Source: an uncultured Oscillospiraceae bacterium (GTDB lineage: Bacteria; Bacillota; Clostridia; Oscillospirales; Oscillospiraceae). From it: a DNA stretch of 64,000 nucleotides. Shown here one piece after another: positions 26,499 to 32,565 of this stretch; the stretch's first letter is position 1, and every line of letters begins with the position of its first letter. The notes under the pieces were generated by a model, which was not told the origin of the DNA, did no database searches, and saw nothing but the letters and a program-made list of their open reading frames with translations. The stretch is taken from the NCBI GenBank assembly GCA_947630645.1, contig CANRIF010000003.1, forward strand, positions 2,427 through 66,426, read 5' to 3'. Both the position numbers and the translations under genes were made by a program.

Positions 26499-26783
26499 TT
26501 ATGGCTGCGGCAGGACGCACTCAACAAAGTCCGGTATCCCGTCCGTCAGCTTGACATTGCAGCTTACCCTATACGGGAATTTGGACCGATCGTCAAGGAC
26601 CAGCATACCATCATGCTCCCGATGGCCCGGCCGGTCGTCCACACCAACAAAGCAAAATACGCCCCCGTCGATCTCGCCATACGCGGAGGCAGCCGAGTCC
26701 CTGTGCGCCAAAACGAAGGGGCGGCCCAGTTTATCCACGCACGCAGCGAAACCGATCTGCTTTGCCGCATCAATATTCAGCAT
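26499..26783 (-). CDS. Hypothetical 94-aa protein, downstream partner of the JAB/MPN protein
   Basis: ATG at 26783 is preceded by a strong RBS, AAAGGAGG. It lies 18 nt after the JAB gene stop. I recognise no motif. Confidence 0.65.
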   Translation of the reverse strand: MLNIDAAKQIGFAACVDKLGRPFVLAHRDSAASAYGEIDGGVFCFVGVDDRPGHREHDGMLVLDDRSKFPYRVSCNVKLTDGIPDFVECVLPQP

Positions 26784-26801
26784 GGTCCCTCGCCTCCTTT
26801 A

Positions 26802-27263
26802 TCATAACACGATGTTGCCGAACGGATCGGCCGAGTAGGTTACCTCTTGCCCCGTCATTCCTGATATAAGCTTGCTGGTAGATTGCCCGATCTCCTTTAA
26901 GGTAGTCATGTCCTCCGGCGACGGGATCGGCTGCTCTTCCCCCGGATGGGAATGTCCAAAGATGATCAGCTGCTTATTCCTAAGCATATTCGACAGGACA
27001 TCATCGAAAGAACAGCTCATAGGTGTGCCGTGAAAAAGTATATCCTCCGTCCTCCCGCGCAGTATGGCGAATTCATCCCCCGTCTTCGCAGACAGATACG
27101 CCAGGTCCTTCATCTCTATGTGTTCCCGCTGAAAGCTGGCCCAATCGCCATGGCCAGGGACACGGTCCAGCATTGCCTGTCGATGTTGGTTCAGCCCTCC
27201 GCTCCCATAACGGATCGAATCCAGCGATGACCGCATCGACCTGGAAGATAACAACTCTATCAC
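26802..27263 (-). CDS. Small JAB/MPN+ (JAMM-motif) metallopeptidase-like protein (153 aa)
   Basis: HSHPGEEQPIPSPED (26910-26954) fits the JAMM signature HxH-x7-8-S-xx-D, with an upstream acidic GDEFAIL segment. GTG start at 27263 (the track shows M). It has its own promoter. Confidence 0.65.
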   Translation of the reverse strand: MIELLSSRSMRSSLDSIRYGSGGLNQHRQAMLDRVPGHGDWASFQREHIEMKDLAYLSAKTGDEFAILRGRTEDILFHGTPMSCSFDDVLSNMLRNKQLIIFGHSHPGEEQPIPSPEDMTTLKEIGQSTSKLISGMTGQEVTYSADPFGNIVL

Positions 27264-27317
27264 AAATCACACCGTCTCTATCTTTTTGGCCTCTTCCACA
27301 TTGGTATTATATAAAAT

Positions 27318-27346
27318 ATTATACACACGGCCCCGGACCTTGTCAA
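27318..27346 (-). promoter_or_regulatory. Perfect-consensus sigma-A promoter (TTGACA-17-TATAAT) driving the JAB cassette
   Basis: On the minus strand the -35 is at 27341-27346 and the -10 at 27318-27323, with a 17-nt spacer, about 50 nt upstream of the GTG. Confidence 0.55.
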
Positions 27347-27385
27347 CGATGTGATGCGGCCGATCATACCCGACCGCAGGGAAAG

Positions 27386-27423
27386 AAAACCCCCGTGACC
27401 ACGTCACGGGGGTGTTGTTACGT
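27386..27423. repeat. Copy 2 of the roughly 38-nt hairpin direct repeat
   Basis: aaaa-cccccgtgac-cac-gtcacggggg-tgttgtt-acgt. About 90 percent identical to 26458-26494 (three substitutions plus one 1-nt indel). Confidence 0.85.
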
Positions 27424-27469
27424 AATTTACGTATTTTTTCTTGACATTACGTAATTTACGTATTATAAT
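27418..27469 (+). promoter_or_regulatory. hicAB promoter (TTGACA-17-TATAAT) interleaved with two 17-bp operator-like direct repeats
   Basis: -35 at 27441-27446 and -10 at 27464-27469. TTACGTAATTTACGTAT occurs at 27418-27434 and 27447-27463, and each copy holds two TACGTA palindromes. Confidence 0.6.
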
Positions 27470-27528
27470 GGCACCATAAATAGCATCATAATAATCTATT
27501 CCTCTATTAAAGGCAAGGTGAATGCTTA

Positions 27529-27702
27529 TTGAAACGTAGAGATCTGATCAGACGGCTGACAGCTGCAGGATTCAAAGCTGACCGCGATGGGGACCATACG
27601 ATCTTTGAGAAAGAGGGGGCGCGTCCCGTGCAGGTCCCAAACCACCGCGAGATCAACGAGAACACCGCAAATGCCATCCTACGGGCGGCGGGGCTGAAAT
27701 AA
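27529..27702 (+). CDS. hicA: HicA-family mRNA-interferase toxin (57 aa, TTG start; absent from the ORF track)
   Basis: Translation is LKRRDLIRRLTAAGFKADRDGDHTIFEKEGARPVQVPNHREINENTANAILRAAGLK. This fits the HicA pattern (K..dl.k.L...GF...r..G.H......v.vP.H.ei...t...IL..AGL). AAGGTG lies 8 nt upstream, and the gene sits directly upstream of hicB. Confidence 0.75.
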   Translation: MKRRDLIRRLTAAGFKADRDGDHTIFEKEGARPVQVPNHREINENTANAILRAAGLK

Positions 27703-27768
27703 TCCCCGCCTCACCCGGCATAATATTGGAAGGAACACAGACAACACAACTATGGAGGAGGAAACCAC

Positions 27769-28146
27769 ATGAAGGAATACGTCTATCCGGCGTTATTCCA
27801 TCCAAATGAAGACGGGACGTTCACGATAACCTATCCCGATCTTCCCGGTTGCATCAGTGAAGGGAAGTCGCTGGGCAACGCTATGTATATGGCACAGTCT
27901 GCCCTGTCTCAGTGGATCGAGTATCTTTTGGACAAAAAGCAGGAGATCCCTCCTGCCAGTCGGGCAAAGGATATCCCCACAGAGGAAAACGACTTCGTCA
28001 ATTTGATCCGCGCTGATGTAAAAGACGGCCGCGCAGTAAAGCGCACTGTCAGCATTCCGAAATGGATGGACGATGACGCCGTAAAATCCGGACTGAGCCT
28101 GTCCCGCGTTTTACAGGACGCATTGAGAGACCGCTTGCAGGCATAA
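27769..28146 (+). CDS. hicB: HicB-family antitoxin (125 aa)
   Basis: MKEYVYPALFHPNEDGTFTITYPDLPGCISEGKSLGNAMYMAQSAL is the typical HicB N-terminal fold. The C-terminal RTVSIPKWMDDDA...LSLSRVLQDAL looks like an RHH DNA-binding tail. RBS GGAGGAGG. Confidence 0.85.
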   Translation: MKEYVYPALFHPNEDGTFTITYPDLPGCISEGKSLGNAMYMAQSALSQWIEYLLDKKQEIPPASRAKDIPTEENDFVNLIRADVKDGRAVKRTVSIPKWMDDDAVKSGLSLSRVLQDALRDRLQA

Positions 28147-28156
28147 GCACCAAATG

Positions 28157-28192
28157 AAACCACACCCGGAAAACTCCGGGTGTGGTTTCTTA
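28157..28192 (+). terminator. Rho-independent terminator of hicAB
   Basis: aaaccacacccgga / aaac / tccgggtgtggttt followed by cttatt. Confidence 0.6.
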
Positions 28193-28302
28193 TTGATCTC
28201 TTCTATCTCCAACTCACAAGCTTATGAAAGCCTCGGATCTTGTTCTGGAGATCGTTCTGGAACAGAGCAAAGCGCCGGGGAGCAACAGGAGCCAAGGGCA
28301 TA

Positions 28303-28338
28303 GAAAAAGCCTCGCGACCCGTTGGGCCGCAAGGCTTT
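28303..28338 (-). terminator. Terminator following tRNA-Leu
   Basis: On the minus strand, aagccuugcg ... cgcgaggcuu (10 bp with one G-U pair) followed by TTTTT. Confidence 0.5.
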
Positions 28339-28343
28339 GACGT

Positions 28344-28431
28344 TGGTGCGCGAGGGGGGACTTGAACCCCCACGCCCGGAATGAGCACTAGAACCTGAAT
28401 CTAGCGAGTCTGCCAATTCCACCACTCGCGC
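28344..28431 (-). tRNA. tRNA-Leu (anticodon CAG), 88 nt with a long variable arm and encoded CCA
   Basis: Minus strand GCGCGAGTGGTGGAATTGGCAGACTCGCTAGATTCAGGTTCTAGTGCTCATTCCGGGCGTGGGGGTTCAAGTCCCCCCTCGCGCACCA. Acceptor GCGCGAG/CTCGCGC, anticodon stem CTAGA/TCTAG with loop TTCAGGT, T-arm GGGGG-TTCAAGT-CCCCC. Confidence 0.9.
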
Positions 28432-28462
28432 ATATCTTGGGCGTCCTTCTGGACGCCCAAAT

Positions 28463-28491
28463 AAAATAGCACATTTTTTCCCGCTTGTCAA
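28463..28491 (-). promoter_or_regulatory. Candidate promoter for tRNA-Leu (TTGACA-17-TATTTT)
   Basis: On the minus strand the -35 is at 28486-28491 and the -10 at 28463-28468. A 10-bp hairpin (28437-28460) lies between it and the tRNA. Confidence 0.35.
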
Positions 28492-28519
28492 CCGCTATTT
28501 AGCGATTTCCGGGGAAATT

Positions 28520-30286
28520 TCAGCCGGCCCACGCCTCCAGCTCCGCCAGGCACTCCGCCAGCGCGTGGGGAAGCTTGGCGCCGAACTTGGCGTAGTGGGT
28601 CTTGATGTCGGCCACCTCGGCCTTCCACTGGGCCGGGTCCACCGCGAGGAGCGTCCGGAGCGTCTGGGGCGTCACCTCGTCCTCCAGGCCCTCCAGGCAG
28701 ATGTCCTCCGCCCGCGGCACATAGCCGATGGGCGTCTCCACCGCGCCGGCGGTGCCGTCGCAGCGGCCCAGGACCCACTCCAGCGCCCGCAGGTTCTCGC
28801 CGAAGCCCGGCCAGAGGAAATTGCCCTTTTCGTCGGTGCGGAACCAGTTGACGTTGAATATCTTAGGCGGGTTTTTGATCTTCGCCTCCATGTCCAGCCA
28901 GTGCTGCCAGTAGTCGGCCATGTGGTAGCCGCAGAAGGGCAGCATGGCCATGGGGTCCCGGCGCAGCTCCCCCACCTGGCCCTCGGCGGCGGCGGTCTTT
29001 TCCGAGCCCATGACGGAGCCAACAAACACGCCGTGGGTCCAGCTCTTGCTCTGGTACACCAGAGGCACGGTGCTGGCCCGGCGGCCGCCGAAGATGATGG
29101 CGGAGATGGGCACGCCCTGGGGGTCGTCGAACTTGGGGCTGATGCAGGGGCAGTTCTTGGCGGGAGCGGTGAAGCGGGAGTTGGGGTGCGCCCCCTTCAC
29201 ACCGCTGTCCGGGTCCCAAGGCTGGCCCTTCCAGTCCAGGGCGTCCCGGGGCGGGTCCTTATCCAGGCCCTCCCACCAGACGGTGCCGTCCGGCTTGAGG
29301 ACCACGTTGGTGAAGATGGTGCCCTTTTTGGTGCTTTCCAGGGCGTTGGGGTTGGACTTGGCGCTGGTGCCGGGGGCCACGCCAAAAAAGCCGTTCTCCG
29401 GGTTCACGGCCCACAGCCGCCCGTCCGGCCCCGGACGCAGCCAGGCGATATCGTCGCCCACGGTCCAGCACTTCCAGCCCTTCTTCCGGTAGACCTCCGG
29501 CGGGATCAGCATGGCCAGGTTGGTCTTGCCGCAGGCGGAGGGGAACGCGGCGCAGACGTATGTGATCTCGCCGCCGGGCTTCTCGACGCCCAGGATCAGC
29601 ATATGCTCGGCCAGCCACCCCTCGGCCCGGCCCAGGTTGGACGCGATACGCAGCGCGAAGCACTTCTTGCCCTGCAAGGCGTTGCCGCCGTATGCGGAGT
29701 TCACCGTCATGATGGCGTTCTCCTGGGGGAAGTGGGCGATATATCGCTGCTCCGGGTCCATGTCCGCGCTGGCGTGCAGGCCCTTGATGAAGTCGGGGCT
29801 GTCCCCCAGCGCGTCGTACACCGCCCGGCCCATGCGGGTCATGATGGCCATGTTCAGCACCACATAGATGCTGTCCGTCAGTTCAAAGCCGTACTTGGCG
29901 AAGGGCGAGCCGATCACCGACATGGAATAGGGCACCACATACATCTTCCGGCCCACCATGGAGCCGCGATAGATGGCCCGCAGCTTGGCCTTCATCTCGT
30001 CGGGCGCCATCCAGTTGTTGGTGGGGCCGGCGTCCTCCTGCCTCTCGCAGCAGATATAGGTCCGCCCCTCCACCCGGGCCACGTCGCTGGGGTCGCTGCG
30101 GTGATAGTAGCAGCCGGGCAGCTTCTCCTCGTTGAGCTTGATGATGGACCCGTCGGCCACCGCCTGGCGGCGCAGGGCCTCCAGCTCCTCCTCGCTGCCG
30201 GTGAGCCAGACCACCTGGTCCGGCCGGCACAGCTCGGCGCAGTCCGCCACCCAGTCCAGCACGTATTTATTGGATGTCAATGCCAT
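28520..30286 (-). CDS. pckG: Phosphoenolpyruvate carboxykinase (GTP) (588 aa)
   Basis: AAFPSACGKTNLAML kinase-1a motif, with YGGNALQGKKCFALRIAS and WLAEHMLILG typical of GTP-dependent PEPCK. Confidence 0.95.
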   Translation of the reverse strand: MALTSNKYVLDWVADCAELCRPDQVVWLTGSEEELEALRRQAVADGSIIKLNEEKLPGCYYHRSDPSDVARVEGRTYICCERQEDAGPTNNWMAPDEMKAKLRAIYRGSMVGRKMYVVPYSMSVIGSPFAKYGFELTDSIYVVLNMAIMTRMGRAVYDALGDSPDFIKGLHASADMDPEQRYIAHFPQENAIMTVNSAYGGNALQGKKCFALRIASNLGRAEGWLAEHMLILGVEKPGGEITYVCAAFPSACGKTNLAMLIPPEVYRKKGWKCWTVGDDIAWLRPGPDGRLWAVNPENGFFGVAPGTSAKSNPNALESTKKGTIFTNVVLKPDGTVWWEGLDKDPPRDALDWKGQPWDPDSGVKGAHPNSRFTAPAKNCPCISPKFDDPQGVPISAIIFGGRRASTVPLVYQSKSWTHGVFVGSVMGSEKTAAAEGQVGELRRDPMAMLPFCGYHMADYWQHWLDMEAKIKNPPKIFNVNWFRTDEKGNFLWPGFGENLRALEWVLGRCDGTAGAVETPIGYVPRAEDICLEGLEDEVTPQTLRTLLAVDPAQWKAEVADIKTHYAKFGAKLPHALAECLAELEAWAG

Positions 30287-30304
30287 GTTCGGTCCCCCTA
30301 CAAC

Positions 30305-31147
30305 TTAGTTATTTCCGATCTCGTTCGCCAGCGCCGCGAACTGCGCCAGCGTCAGCGCCTCGCCACGCACCCGGCTGTCCAGCCCGCAGGCGGCCAGCGC
30401 CTTCGCCGCCCGCTCCCGGCCGCACACGCCCTCCAGGGCGTTTATGAGGGTCTTGCGCCGCTGGTTGAAGGCCGCCCGGACCACCCGGAAAAAGGCCCCC
30501 TCGTCCACCTCCGCCGGCGGCGTCCGCCGCATGGCCAGGCGCACCACGGCGCTGCGTACCTTCGGCCGGGGCATGAAGCACTCCGGCCCCACCTCGAAGA
30601 GCAGTTCCGGCTGGGCGTACCACTGGGTCAGCAGGGAGAACGCGCCGTAATCGGCGCTCCCCGCCCCGGCGCACATCCGCAGGGCCACCTCCCGCTGCAC
30701 CATGACCAGTATACTTTCAAAGCACCTGGCCTGATACAGCCGCGTCAGCACCGGCGTGGTGATGGAATAGGGCAGATTGGCGCACACGCTCCACCGCAGC
30801 CCAGGCAGCATCGCCGCCAGGTCCGCGGCCAGGTCCCGGCCCATCACGTCCGCGAAGACGACCTCCACGTTGTCCAGGCCGGCCAGCGTCCGCGCCAGCA
30901 CCGGGCGCAGCGCCCCGTCCACCTCGTAGGCCAGCACCCGCCCGGCCCGCCGGGCCAGCTGCTCGGTGAGGCAGCCCACCCCGGGGCCGATCTCCACCAC
31001 GCCGTCGGCCGGACCCAGCCCGGCCTCCGCCGCGATGCGCTCCGGCACCCAGGCGGCGGTGAGGAAATTCTGCCCCTTGGTCTTGGAAAAATGAAAGCCA
31101 GCGTCCGCCAGCAGGGCGCGCATCTGGCCGTAGTCACACAGGTCCAT
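30305..31147 (-). CDS. rsmA: 16S rRNA (adenine1518/1519-N6)-dimethyltransferase RsmA/KsgA (280 aa)
   Basis: KTKGQNFL, VVEIGPGVGCLT (SAM motif I) and NLPYSITTP. I chose the start ATG at 31147 (MDLCDYGQ). The rest of the 543-aa track ORF is an out-of-frame run through the AEC gene. Confidence 0.9.
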   Translation of the reverse strand: MDLCDYGQMRALLADAGFHFSKTKGQNFLTAAWVPERIAAEAGLGPADGVVEIGPGVGCLTEQLARRAGRVLAYEVDGALRPVLARTLAGLDNVEVVFADVMGRDLAADLAAMLPGLRWSVCANLPYSITTPVLTRLYQARCFESILVMVQREVALRMCAGAGSADYGAFSLLTQWYAQPELLFEVGPECFMPRPKVRSAVVRLAMRRTPPAEVDEGAFFRVVRAAFNQRRKTLINALEGVCGRERAAKALAACGLDSRVRGEALTLAQFAALANEIGNN

Positions 31148-31149
31148 AG

Positions 31150-32073
31150 TCACCTCGCCAGCAGCACCCAGCACACCAGCGGGATGGTCCCCACGCTCAA
31201 CAGCGTGGTCATGAACACGTTCCGGGTGGCCAGCTTCTCGTTGGCGCCGTACTGGATGGACAGCATGGCCGCCACGGCGGCGCAGGGCATCCCGGCCGCC
31301 ACCGTGATGGTCCCCAGCAGGGTGGGGTCGGTGACGAAGGGCCGCAGGCAGGCCCACAGCAGCACCGGCGCGACGATCAGGCGCACCGGCGCGAACAGGT
31401 ACAGCCGCCAGTCCAGCAGCACGTCCCGCAGCTTCTGCTCCCCCAGCGACGCGCCCACGATGGTCATAGACAGGGGCAGGATCATGTCGCCGATGGCGGT
31501 CACCGCCTCGGTCACCGGGCTGGGCCAGGTCACCGGCAGGAAGATGATGACCACCGCCGCCACGGAGGACACCAGCGCCGGGTTGATCATCCGCCGCCAG
31601 TCGAACCGCTCCCCCGTGCCGCCGCTGATTAGCCGGATGCCGAAGGTGAACAGCAGCAGGTTGAAAGGGATCACCAGCAGCGCGGCGTAAAACACCGCGT
31701 CGCTGCCGAAAATGGCGCCCGCCAGGGGGATGCCCATAAAGCCCACGTTGCCGAAGATGGTCAGCACGCTGTAAAGCCCCCGGTCCTTGCCCGGTATCCG
31801 CGCCAGCCGGGGCATCAGCACCCCCAGCGCCAGCAGCAGCGCGTACATCACGCACCCCACGCCCAGCACGCCCAGCACCGTCCCCGCCGTCACGTCCGAC
31901 TGCATATTCATGGCGCTGGCCAGGATGGTGGCGCACTGGGGCACCGCTATGGCGTACCGGGACAGGCGGCGGTTGCCCTCCGCGTCCACCACGCCGGTCT
32001 TGGCGGCGATCACGCCGACGATCAGCATCAGCAGCATCGTCAGCATCTTGTCAAGCACGAGTTTGATATCCAT
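31150..32073 (-). CDS. AEC (auxin-efflux-carrier) family membrane transporter (307 aa)
   Basis: About 10 TM segments. The N-terminus MDIKLVLDKMLTMLLMLIVGVIAAK and the internal GNVGFMGIPL motif are typical of the Mem_trans family. Confidence 0.85.
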   Translation of the reverse strand: MDIKLVLDKMLTMLLMLIVGVIAAKTGVVDAEGNRRLSRYAIAVPQCATILASAMNMQSDVTAGTVLGVLGVGCVMYALLLALGVLMPRLARIPGKDRGLYSVLTIFGNVGFMGIPLAGAIFGSDAVFYAALLVIPFNLLLFTFGIRLISGGTGERFDWRRMINPALVSSVAAVVIIFLPVTWPSPVTEAVTAIGDMILPLSMTIVGASLGEQKLRDVLLDWRLYLFAPVRLIVAPVLLWACLRPFVTDPTLLGTITVAAGMPCAAVAAMLSIQYGANEKLATRNVFMTTLLSVGTIPLVCWVLLAR

Positions 32074-32110
32074 GGGGCCATATTATCACTTCACTTTATT
32101 AAAAGCAATG

Positions 32111-32152
32111 AAAAAATCCCCCGAAACCGCCCGAGGCGTTTTCTGGGGATTT
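32111..32152 (-). terminator. Compound hairpin terminator after the small ORF
   Basis: On the minus strand, aaatcccc...ggggattt encloses an inner stem and is followed by TTTTT. Confidence 0.45.
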
Positions 32153-32172
32153 GTGGATTTTTACGGGCCGTC

Positions 32173-32565
32173 TCACACGCCCACAAAATGAAAGCACAGC
32201 CACGCGATGCCCGCAGCCGCCGCGCCCAGCCCGGCGTACAGCGGCGCCGGCAGACGCAAAAAACGCCGCCGGCGGCAGGTCACGGCGCTCCGGCCTAGGT
32301 ACGCGCCCGCCGCCTGCCGCGCCTGGCGCAGCACCGCCTCGGCGCTCCCCTCCCGGCGGAACAGGTCCTCCCGGATGATGAAGATGGCCTCCTCGAATAT
32401 CTGCGGGTCGGGCGAGCGCACCACGACCACCCGCCGGTTCGTCCCTTTCACCACCCCGGTCACCTCCCCCGTCTGGCGATGCTTGAAGTCTAACCGGCCC
32501 TCCGCCTTCTTATACCGGCCCTGGCGTCTTTTTCCGGGCAGGAGCGGCCCTCTTCTCCCGGTCAC
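32173..32565 (-). CDS. Hypothetical small protein (about 130 aa) with a C-terminal TM segment, possibly translationally coupled to spoIIE
   Basis: A GTG at 32565 overlaps the spoIIE stop (caGTGAcc). Only the last part of the 555-aa track ORF reads as protein-like (VVKGTNRRVVVVRSPDPQIFEEAIFIIREDLFRREGSAEAVLRQARQAAGAYL...LYAGLGAAAAGIAWLCFHFVGV). The start is uncertain. Confidence 0.4.
   Translation of the reverse strand: MTGRRGPLLPGKRRQGRYKKAEGRLDFKHRQTGEVTGVVKGTNRRVVVVRSPDPQIFEEAIFIIREDLFRREGSAEAVLRQARQAAGAYLGRSAVTCRRRRFLRLPAPLYAGLGAAAAGIAWLCFHFVGV

Noticed and set aside
26458-27423. The hairpin-flanked JAB cassette as an integron gene cassette with attC sites.
   Set aside because: The hairpins are short, simple terminator stems (10 bp) without attC R/L box structure. 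The cassette has its own promoter, and no intI or attI is present.
25723-28431. Annotating the tRNA-adjacent islet (and the 51.2-54.4 kb islet) as mobile_element features.
   Set aside because: No integrase, recombinase, transposase, terminal inverted repeats or tRNA-fragment repeat could be found. Only compositional and repeat evidence exists, so they are reported as findings rather than called elements.
28565-31690. A 1,041-aa plus-strand ORF. Similar long shadow ORFs occur at 91-1845, 2751-4163, 4160-6604, 6749-8230, 8130-11180, 35327-38128, 40570-42555, 47251-50268, 54938-58075 and 62065-63753.
   Set aside because: All are antisense or out of frame to genes with strong family motifs. They have Arg/Gly/His/Pro-rich low-information sequence and span several unrelated genes, so they are GC-content artefacts.
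30305-31936. A 543-aa minus-strand ORF apparently fusing rsmA with upstream sequence.
   Set aside because: Only the last 280 codons (from MDLCDYGQ at 31147) match RsmA. The upstream part is an alternative frame of the AEC transporter gene (31150-32073) and reads as Gly/Arg/Ala noise.
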